Shown: piece by piece, positions 27,401-28,793 of the stretch
Layout: the number at the start of each line of letters is the position of its first letter
Position numbering within the stretch: position 1 is the stretch's first letter
From: an uncultured Christensenella sp.
Lineage (GTDB): Bacteria > Bacillota > Clostridia > Christensenellales > UBA1242
Assembly: GCA_964573405.1 (NCBI GenBank)
Contig: CAZNJK010000004.1
Coordinates: 22 to 64,021 of the forward strand
Direction: 5' to 3'
DNA length: 64,000 nucleotides
Program-made: the position numbers and the translations under genes
Notes under the pieces: model-generated
What the model was told of the DNA's origin: nothing
Seen by the model: only the letters and a program-made list of their open reading frames with translations
The model's database searches: none

Positions 27401-28291
27401 CGCAAGGAAGATATTCTTAGAATCATTCACATCACCCGCTTGGCAATCAGCCAAATACAAGTCGTAGTCTTCGTCGCCTTGGCTCTCGTCCAATCTGTAC
27501 AATGATGGTTGATAAGTAGAAGAAGTGGAAGTATTAACCAAATCCCCCGAAATGCTATATGCTAGCACATAATCACTAACGTTAATTTGGTCAAGAAGTT
27601 TCAATTCCTTTACAGCAGTCTTTAATGTAGGATTTGATTTATAAACCGCTTGGATATATACAGTTGAGTCATAACTCTCCGATATTGTAATGCTATTGCC
27701 ATCTATCGCGTAGTTGGAAGCATTCAATTCTATACTTCCGCTAGCATTGGTATAAAGCCTATACTCCACATCACGGTCGGTCGCATAATTTGGCTCAAAC
27801 TCCACAAGCGAATTGCCCACTCCCGACACATACTTGGTAAGGTCAGTCTTCACGCCCTTGATTACGGGAATCACACTCTCGCTTATGCTTATGCCCGTAG
27901 CCTTTGCAATTACCCTTATCTCTACATTCACCGAAAGATTGCCTTCCAAGGTCGCCACATTTATGTATGTTGTACCCGTGCCAACTATCTTAAAGCCTTG
28001 AGTAGTACTGCTCCCGCTTATGTTAGAGTCACCGCTCTTCACAATTATACTGGAGTCTTGCGAAGAAAATACCACATCGGTACTTACACTCTTCTTCGCT
28101 CCGCCCACCGTAGCCGTAATATCGAAGGTATCTACGCTTCCGTACTCATATGTACGCACAAGCGCATTCTCAAACCCGCCACTCGCTATTGTAAGCGTCA
28201 TATTCTTGTATGGCTCGCCACATGCCACTAGCCCCACTACTGACACCATTGCCATAACCAATACAATCAATACTTTCTTCAATCTTTCCAT
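3422..28291 (-). CDS. Giant (8,289 aa) predicted surface lipoprotein: lipobox, Ig-like (Big_2-type) segments alternating with multiple GLUG-motif parallel beta-helix modules, unique C-terminal domain
   Basis: The frame is uninterrupted for 24,870 nt in AT-rich DNA. The N-terminus MERLKKVLIVLVMAMVSVVGLVAC carries a lipobox Cys. Big_2-like stretches are present, e.g. ISISESVIPVIKGVKTDLTKYV...VEFEPNYATDRDVEYRL. At least six module 'cap' motifs of the type WTPIG..PF.G.FDG.G..I.nL occur near 24290-24338, 19230-19303, 17545-17603, 15150-15202, 11463-11523 and 10296-10386. Each is followed by dozens of GG[IVL][AV]G coils. It ends in TAA and has its own terminator. Coding status is near-certain; function is inferred. 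Confidence 0.9.
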   Translation of the reverse strand: MERLKKVLIVLVMAMVSVVGLVACGEPYKNMTLTIASGGFENALVRTYEYGSVDTFDITATVGGAKKSVSTDVVFSSQDSSIIVKSGDSNISGSSTTQGFKIVGTGTTYINVATLEGNLSVNVEIRVIAKATGISISESVIPVIKGVKTDLTKYVSGVGNSLVEFEPNYATDRDVEYRLYTNASGSIELNASNYAIDGNSITISESYDSTVYIQAVYKSNPTLKTAVKELKLLDQINVSDYVLAYSISGDLVNTSTSSTYQPSLYRLDESQGDEDYDLYLADCQAGDVNDSKNIFLAKKTATSGDILFKKTGSNAGGGIVVNNKDVVSFTKMDKSTSEHIAVYASPYTYSGSTFPGYRVSNGTGEGFSDVLYFNLNYSGYEKFFDGIDISVKVIIDTFPADVVISNNSNLTDSRYDQQYDIALYNEYFNQLGTPFYVKVLNNAGEILANQYAYVGVLGFKYDGNYVRISDDNVQNEAYENSGYNDTGEYEQMQRGYSGSASAPSEYFTIYDSKGSIVTPYTRVKSGSVLYIKYNNEDYGGMKPYDRDNGNFVLYARSVLSESITSFKVAYDYNSVDNTYSPVGGGIGNYVYRNTLSYITPDYQVNLKDITFYTNDVNSEETVKFYNASGNELTAVSGTRLPSYDELRFVLNDNGLVELNVDTARVKLIDDSVGIATLKVIAPNGSVDTININVTIDPSSADVQLIVGNAVVKDNESTFINMTVQSAMSVVVVFNSVSYVGELPSGYELVHNSTGSVVGFDNVNYRLVSGNNPTTEEKHTFAVTYPGVPNKTYTVTIKVSRPVNNITVSNANVLLNKVSTNDIGETISPKYYDKNGELIQYADVVKNSISETYYYVNPSNASVDLNNVTLQMYNPMDGKWYDISMGTTTLSGGFVSRSLVTSEITMGSGENEMVIGFKEFELSTPEILSGTNYMKLRLSILKIKDSNGSVDDSTFRIRLIYNQTHNLTIQKRYYVSGVDNDDISNSSIAIGNVYLYTNKDNPVDSRVDYVSGYEISTTSFGFDGTNSKWCVKFGGLTYLLQASGDLVYFDYDSYNVTITANVNYNIVLPNKVSNIGFTNSDPTMTSNIAIGTSKEYSTKTINKNEVDLYDDGEYVFTIPYTLTPNKTEIDGLLFKVATITGVGATEEFVDYSQLKYENLNYAEGECFVGSAIVQQKYYTSEELIKLKTDLGEDTFKTLRFKVVGATCTSGFEANSGLNIEIDYTLRKITFTITNKEKFISYFAGISNKMRLCFISADSYDCGDKSIDELSNMKRRDLVLDLHTGTEENPYDVYDWNTLDLMHSDLTSYYRLIADIDMDKRSWTPIGTYDKPFTGGLKSKDDEMYNIYNLKIEKSGDNTGNAYCGLFGYVSGAKFENICLKDFEINVSATGDTIYVGALAGYAMATTINSCMIIDSSNAEYINFNPSDSNISNFGTTIKGYGILYTNNATNGIIGGMFGYFNGTAKDISIRVSIYSSDSNSTAVGGFAGVNNATVSKLTAYSVINTVPKSSLASSSYDGVGGIIGMITDGSTDISDITAYSYIIGGNKVGGVVGNNEGSGSKLSNATVIGYVKGNSGVGGVVGQSPRNISLDSCKVQFIKSDFDRAYRSSIVGTNDVGGLVGRAEANISITYSSVVDYTEYEMKKVGEDSDAYFNGNILVQTNASANVGGLVGYVGTALNVESSYFNAKVAVYKPSLGTGSEVIYYGGIAGNVKDGATLSIKYSGVDGLVNYDDEITIGGFVGRAPKGLITYEDSVYPGTSEIDKTVELTSAITNYNIENSYTIFKHAKFGETAEFIQNFAGENETVSKDVTNSNQSILNIYLGHYEHNGTHALKITFKAIDKTTTTYIKMSVLTTYTITFDGLDNGTTKNYTSSSDLTCEWTDNDKIKVALGSSAGVGDREIYGLSDSVKRTYINPNVTARNSFYMGFTTQVNVVKDDTSTGTTPSLAEVGKVAHTFIESNAKKITAITVSSVDYNFDYYSQVSKSGDETDISKYYTIYDNLISKVVWGSNVDINITPDVGVAGLEYVEGYIDGTGKNLSALLGTYASNWKTTDSSDTTLGFHTYGVSVGDEFLLNKKYECTSDVSRASNSQVAYIVSSGTALNDDDNNGTIKTGGYKWYFNTSADDQDNILNGYPIPFANYINVDVTSSIPELVAEIPPNEIIADIKEHELSVSCPTDINGALYITGSVGEKITISNLINVNVIPELADKELRYLSSNSRVFTIDGEQIVLAGEGQSTLTIRTKLNGLEVKFDIIVIGHDVDETINIGGINSTIDGNNLNIPVEDGELLTTNINSYKGIYQFGVRYVFDKNSISDLEYGKTVNEFLTSLNIAGRSAYSYIDGDEIIIEVDGLSQAVSCAILGKINVTVSKYFKYTYNGRECKQYGGEKGLTFTFTPGVYGITGSDGFSIYALDRNQFSVVVSSDTDSPVVSLSAIVNGDTTNVCSIDELVKGQTIIMSYRDMGYLTLTVEDVSFNSITKLKTYIFSADIDESEQNLIQMEYEYELVFKIVDKEEFFHKMNINILPQDVERIYLNHYTNVFFVTDNNSAISGTVNYDSYKYPSKVVIPGLTSLLQVDLFPSFGRFDYVTVESSQGGIAVNQVLEVYNSGNSNQYSWFEYYYDGQTYVNGINSIKTIARFSYKDQLSDPSRQKGYNGTLYFALTANSNLSGASTKITVKGYLNGVSTPLFEESAILDIEARPSVSISTDTREITFGDLVNISISTSNLDGDYVATLKTVGSNYDYMDVLGSIVNSNGLKFRVGDSNYVYNIFHQFMYREFTLEIAGYKEINGMRVRDSASIKFLLVPLRVTGINIDLDGVDRSGYQIIADYYQMYDLNITATAEYSAGYSEWLTKNYRDSDISYQIKNINAQIHANVQNFSILSQGTSIDRTKLLVPGRNEFSGEMYLKYDSANNSVVLRMLSTYMTGFLWADVGINYTTNGIEVSSESYSKFIFNNYVLITVYAYSDETNPKPIMTVDEFKTMEKGECYILMKDLYLVLWEPIKAEFKSLDGNGYALTIVSFASVSGMNLKEDDLGYNIGIFSTISENTIIKNLTIEVNPSTMPFDFVGSDKDYDDVVNSTIKNDYKISSSTVYSTSLDVDISTLKTSTNFGLLAGANYGILTNISIVNCATELRTIRNESLNNVSASRGKINLEGSGDNFSYAIEKFENISSVDTVRVSYMFNSKDETTSRGNNIALLVGQNIGNITNSSVENVSINGEDYVAGLVGYNTGIISSSYFKGGNIVGDSTTKINSGCGGLVSRNSGEIYYSYVEGRSTSNITGISDSDLSTKFSTANYKNSGIVTNSYAGGFVYENTGTISNSYAQILVSGIYASGFAYSSTGADALIEYCYAISSVQINVATNTPFIKKINVDDKNRIVECFYQYDSKISNMSEDVADSLEKASFESYPTFASYAFNNDYAQNYEILDGVWFISSGNAHEFYLKYFKESDYSGRYPQLVSANQRTMSIRYMVGATSYSSAGDDDEVRAYTFGYVEHIYIPKSSSTGYEEVDSLQGSVINPLLITSAESFNNSVISGTKDNRNFRLVNGITFTNDDEVSTTYRSTFEGKLDGNGMTIKNLRISGDEVKADGDNLTRLGLFKAIKGEAVSSAGVPSKYAVVKNLNIEVNQINGRNINMVGVLAGEITDGKIFNIKITGEQYVVQGLNAVGAVAGIISGETDLVNIESNVSVKSNFYYQYNAFSSAVGDIKKIQTFNAFTPKSGLGGGYDNYDSNKSTTTTGSATTTSTSGSSSAIPVSYTYDADNLKKVSYAGGIVGICINNKFSSLGFADIDNIRNEMYRLRRLTTSGEISVEGEVVGGLIGFLSSNSNVSDCELKAKDGMMLKGSRVVGGFVGHNEGSLLRCVVGNYDQEDIDEDISKNTKKYDNATVDYNIGVQNLFSGNAIFTGGLVGMNIGGEIQKCYNRVNVANIESLYVGGIAGLNIRSSYIEVYVTGSVQGYKAFGGLIGIASGGHNTTGGVSGSKITFNIQGQEVGSTWEVESEINYFANDNFISKYFIYTSPEYGSVKNKVMFREVVCANIWKYSHLNLNRGTQSNPNLADATMGMLVGYVCGLPSTETTTNTFSAEEELRKILGETRALSGRISSDGIYYKQTYTYISLKKATQNIAKEFGNQGAQIQNYSTKNEVYSGDMKESFNWLIYGKNEDLDADGTYNLASQNSKSYNNSNYFTTTSSGVRLMSLKYRSSVQSTSYYIVSRMTFYGSMRSLNELYQRKYDYEEANEFYKRIGSTYTENVDSIENGELETTDTDGSVTTSYDTALSYQAISIYSAWAVKYWHGITINSEGQREETEYLFPEFKHISIAKVATLVYNFDDLKEALQGDASINALNNSSYEIVLMADIVWDNKCNWTPVGTASNPFMGTLRSARITDNGSEESSTTTGSGTGSTTGSSSSTTGSSSSTTGSSGSIIDSGNVITENRTYTIYGLELDVGKRQTDDEDGTISKSYNDQYLGIFGYTKNAKFKNINIVVKNIDSGVETSGSHNMQYVGALVGYATQTTFENISIYGSSKDYSTNDECTRDKWSDSVNEIGVIVEGSHNVNIHPKFHTSYETFTATLNSTNSGTITSSAQYVGGIAGYSDTTILEYGKISTATTDGLLNPSSDGGEAYYLKKSGATTEYELYTAPSAFRAYNLKFNVTGDGEGATNEQYVGGLFGYIKLAGSKTSTGKSTTNFDPHSFAGEVSKVTITTEFTTNDEIKETLSTSDFDVALANKETGRVCVGGYFGYINGSLKLNKFLVNDEVTIDSTINLSSGITDGRINNNKMTANIGGIIGKSEGVSIGEGETSDKDNTSGQWYINGEINVNVNSSYVTQISAGGLIGKYESCSCIKNVYVASDTKVTYKAINGTGNHQTSLGGLFGSNEGATTINTIIASGEIKVKSNTNSIVGGLSGYLRAEKTTNVVLNNVQLNEDSSNSSYKLTASVIGGLSAVVDTANEISQCYVGGNISANNTAYTIGGLVGEAKVYENANSLPTFKKCATNVNIEADYKPNNDASSVKDDGGSNYRRYCSIGGIVGWAGVSSSRSIESLLTVEDSYASSNIRINYTGLTVGNTTSYNADLRVGGIVGTACLKGVNLLYTGSIVINASDINALNKLITMSYGAEYDTVDQEDKYKPNYIGGIVGAYYKSSSIGTEITNCIYNKDMLQITNDYGTGYTSEELLKSGGVGQKAFTGNVNWTVKGNSYPLLDWIENYNTTFKVGSDVDRCAQATVTNTQAEGTKINPETIATISGNVTDKAYIITDNENTASISRANLTNSTIYYFEHTGHIGTIDQWSIVHGLRTYNGYYETTGMHKTEDVVKVISENNGYVVGLKANADYSITHPSIGTNNGVVIGSTLVGIFEHTSNSFVGTNNGIFMYCYFNFNNANGTMFSSTGDKAGIIQSKVTHLWRSNTDGRLTALRNANMIDCMAYLDTVVWVDISSRSDLSKSKIYYSYDNFTNELPKYIAYTEAGVPYYKFNIDSLYNSEKIDLVNVFTWNRTTNDDGSAVPVTLMAMEKDHFNDKQLYSNSWKWVGESPTSDPLTIKGTIISNYVEINSAEELAYALYYRDNTGELVYNKADVIIKYTGDSAIDLGGKIWTPVDLYAYIEFGGWTISNVMILDNMHNIGFFRTANSTIADVTFRNVTTVFSNKARTNADNNAVNMGSIIGNVYSGYSARLSRVGVEGYSAYNGKTSNHVSALVGVVSGTLNIYDCYVAVESFVDPSESRYKMYALSNSSSIGSITVTNYYSYAYSYNDTVANDDGTITNPSGKIVYGKYNKNGGYLNVNVSSPYTKFMSTKGNVFIVQESGYVTNITVVNSGPGTNTETYNNVELKNYRGYNAETTLNEFDFINNWGAGKYGNGYNADGTTNTDTDGITRNFGFPTLHTANYTNWYDVALSQASGNPYYEVRSGPKYDSTGGYYKITSAYDLADFMYYVNNGGSTSGKTYKLTSDIDLSTMPSSARSFMEQDDDKGMLWTPIGTSNHPFMGTFDGQGHTITGMSCAGVQSNNGNYYSGLFGAVCGEKSTDRGATIKNIKFGGTKKGNTYIGNRVSIEPKNGDEGYAGLLAGCVGNCTIQDIEVISKASDGSPIYHYVKLNNSKSTEKGSGQQVVRIGGIVGYAGIGETGKSGNTKHGTIIANIKVEGYNLTNDSSTTNKSSFVISSRIPGWTKTRMGGIVGETSGSTIASCEVFDVDIVNNGNDAVMGGIVGHADGTKADNDNNIASCIVRTFLSSYRTTDDDNAGSQTMGGIVGDMYNGEIKECVVLVPNENYNVTRDKKAGNIGTAVGFLSNSDVNNLYVAMYGLSSNANNYNKNIIGCVYTNQNRLGNIMVTYGIGGGAYVDKNVDRYNLSTGRLESGWTAGSEKTFTYDSKTLYIKEAEFTPTSAGAIYVDSKLTSSYNITFSDGSDGNISTVSQDFTSDSLTNETAYLGGYDTSTNNWVNSRRCVYLGDTTSGVSIRFYTYMYKVNDDYKVSTTSGGTARVFALNTDYYTQAITVTTTTSRTVRSGTSDITTGFLFNWSSPGDVLLSSVKYDGNYSVLDNETQFNEWLYDLLRFRNDGKEIAFNMKLNFSGTIDRNVSTKEFPFGTWNRITKIIGDTRRTIDINLSGSNDVGLFGYSKNLSFFNINLSGNVKGGYRVGALTGYADNFSIATSGTISGITQQLTYSSIKSSVSVDGKFAVGGLTGEGYFITVSGATVSGSVKMSSSSDVNDIDNYYKTKMTDYGFDSSAKRTYIGINNDNNYYYKLNFNNNGSNVSAVGGVIGLARFNTQIYNGTKVSSTIYGTSNVTSVSADAYGKIGSVSGNPSTAYGGAVGYHASVNIAKYSDASTTLANGKEGYFIADGVTFSGVFEMERKYKGKLYTANEFRYVSGILGYSADAYDTSPSTTSDGFTQTIKGTRLGTYSSISNVTISNSNNSELAVNADDTAEGIPAMYSSAITYKFYGNVDKCYNYKNIREEGTWNDGVVNYAGGLVGELHGSLTNCENSGTLYVYKSYNKFAGTYVGGLVGFIYGDTVSNNTNSGEVSGKQINILTTVTSREGTYVGGIVGHIASQPTVSGNTNKGNVYGHSFVGGIAGSYATGSSIPADANVSGNTNSGSITATSTIVGGILGYGKCLNMKDNTNSGNVTANTYTITVSSESWSGVGGIVGRAESCKICGTSGTTTNSGEIVNSATDKGSDAGGVVGWMGGSGCVIQNCTNTGAISTSSSTNGYGSAGGIAGYSFGSSAQISGCINKGIITSGYSSAGGIVGLGGNNIKISECVNLAQINGKNHIGGIVGKSSASIIEENKNYGNVTSDGYFTYCYYVGGIVGGVIDPGNNVTIKNNTNGGTYNGTTYTPTIYAVGWYAGGIVGYVEKGTATTISITGNTNNSTVTANINYAGGIVGYIDTDLIGSNTNNGTVTTAKDSDDYSYAGGIAGYVKGLFGNSSTTNANSGNVTGTGDGVGGIVGLCYSVVYGTNTNTGNVTGRDDVGGIVGSASSFDSTTKNTNSGTITATSSGTWDDAVGGIMSGVGGIAGFLQSLNGTNENNGSVSGQVCVGGIAGFVDSLVYGTNTNTGNITGTGNYVGGIAGYVNGTTVFGTNTNGGTTYTPVIKGTSYVGGIVGRCSSIGNSSLFPTNTNYGTIKGTNSSDTFIGGIAGYVYGSVYGTNENYGTINTLSIASNVGGIAGYVKYNVNGTNKNYGDVKGVDCVGGIAGQVGGDVSGTNTNSGTITAGADSNGDSDAGGIVGWASSVSGTNTNSGTITGTGNHIGGIAGYVKGSVSSGTNKNYGNVTGANSVGGIAGYVKDSIQGANTNGGTYNGTTYTPEITGTSYVGGIVGDSVNIGSSTSSPINTNYGTIEGSDSSYTYVGGIVGYVHQSIYGTNTNNGSVSGPQHVGGIAGLVNSYVYGKNTNTGEVTATGDLSYVGGIIGSVSHLQGNNTNSGTIFGKQYYIGGIAGWVSSVSGTNTNNGYVFGQQYVGSIAGNKIVGSTVDSKVYGFSNVYNAKAISGTYTGNVGGVEVEFKVKWSSSMGGFATAYITEIAGKTQTDNGDDIKKSLGTISLDTIKSDPTGSVSFRFKSFGPINGRYYEISSINYKYSTKTFIYSIQELNEWGDVFNLTAVDWEQDYNRIPNGEDGYAVIEISEAEFNNLYRGEEWGHFYDESKNGLYIQYDPQDECCIAWKGSDGKYYMCIHWEWVEDYDLYSDEEISATERVVSRTFKLQYTIYKTDASGSNEAVTITICSITQKAIYNIKTTGTRKSYVFSRNEYSSSTGTIPSGMTIDITGGGSISITMKYKDIPIYTTSSGSADK
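4380..7400 (-). repeat. In-frame array of ~30 consecutive ~22-29 aa beta-solenoid coils (N-x-G-x-[IV]-x-G-...-[VIA]GG[IV][AV]G-...-G-T-N-T)
   Basis: The protein reads ...GTNTNTGNVTGRDDVGGIVGS...GTNTNTGNITGTGNYVGGIAGYVNGTTVFGTNTNGGTTYTPVIKGTSYVGGIVGR...GTNTNSGTITGTGNHIGGIAGYVKGS... I counted ~31 GG[IV]xG cores. Three higher-order super-repeats each start with TNGGT(YNGT)TYTP, near 6285-6335, 5525-5565 and 4870-4935. Confidence 0.85.
15026..15088 (-). repeat. Coding 21-nt tandem repeat x3 (two identical copies, third 18/21) in a Ser/Thr/Gly linker
   Basis: The plus strand has AGAACTTCCAGTTGTAGAACT at 15026-15046 and 15047-15067, then AGAACTTCCGGTCGTAGAACC at 15068-15088. This encodes ...GSTTGSSSSTTGSSSSTTGSSGS... 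within SSTTTGSGTGSTTGSSSSTTGSSSSTTGSSGS. Confidence 0.9.
28220..28291 (-). other. Lipoprotein signal peptide of giant ORF 1 (lipobox L-V-A-C, Cys24)
   Basis: MERLKK (basic n-region), VLIVLVMAMVSVVG (hydrophobic core), LVAC then GEPY. This is the classical SPase II pattern. Confidence 0.8.
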
Positions 28292-28368
28292 AGTTTTCCA
28301 CTTCTGCCTTAATTTTTATTTATCACATCACAAAATCACACGAATTTTGTCATATTATATCACTTACA

Positions 28369-28397
28369 ATTATACTTACTTACTCCCTTCAAGTCAA
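28369..28397 (-). promoter_or_regulatory. Sigma-A-type promoter for giant ORF 1: TTGACT-N17-TATAAT
   Basis: Minus strand reads tgtTTGACTtgaagggagtaagtaagTATAATtgtaagtg. The -35 is at 28392-28397 and the -10 at 28369-28374, with a 17-nt spacer. A second extended -10 (TGATATAAT, 28354-28362) lies just downstream. It is ~75 nt upstream of the ATG at 28291. Confidence 0.55.
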
Positions 28398-28518
28398 ACA
28401 AAATAATATATTATAATATATTATATGTATTTTTTTCCACCTTACTAAAATTAATTATCCGCCCCTTTCCCCCACTCTCAAAACCACCCGCTCGCCACCA
28501 TTTTTACCACCCCACCAC

Positions 28519-28572
28519 CTTTATATTTAGTTCAACTACAATTATATTTACCACTCAATCACAATTATATTT
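28519..28572. repeat. Direct repeats ACAATTATATTT x2 (23-bp spacing) plus a degenerate third copy, flanked by C-rich tracts
   Basis: Exact 12-mers lie at 28538-28549 and 28561-28572, with a related CCTTTATATTT at 28519-28528. C-runs occur at 28462-28465, 28469-28473, 28487-28489, 28510-28513, 28584-28587, 28590-28593 and 28600-28603, in otherwise AT-rich DNA. Confidence 0.7.
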
Positions 28573-28612
28573 TAATAACCTTTCCCCGTCCCCATCCAAC
28601 CCCTTTACACAC

Positions 28613-28646
28613 AAAAAATCAGCGACTAAATTAGTCGCTGATTTTT
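28613..28646 (-). terminator. Rho-independent (bidirectional-looking) terminator of giant ORF 2
   Basis: Stem ATCAGCGAC (28618-28626) / GTCGCTGAT (28634-28642) with a 7-nt loop. An A-run precedes it and a T-run follows it on the plus strand, which gives a T-run after the hairpin on the minus strand. It lies ~150 nt after the TAA stop at 28794-28796. Confidence 0.8.
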
Positions 28647-28793
28647 CTTTCTACCAATATGGTCATTTTAACCAAATTTGGTTATGTTTTTATAGTGAGT
28701 TTTGGGGTAGGATTTTTCTCTACTCAAGACTTATAAAAACTAGTACATTTTATATGCCCCAATGCCATTTTTAAGCCCTAATGGGATGAGTGA

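Noticed and set aside
28462-28603. Canonical G-quadruplex on the transcribed strand of the inter-gene spacer
   Set aside because: One cluster has only three G4 runs plus a GG (GGGGTTGGATGGGGACGGGG). The other has four G3+ runs, but with loops of about 13-20 nt, outside the usual limit of 7 nt or fewer. I keep it only as a compositional oddity within the spacer finding.
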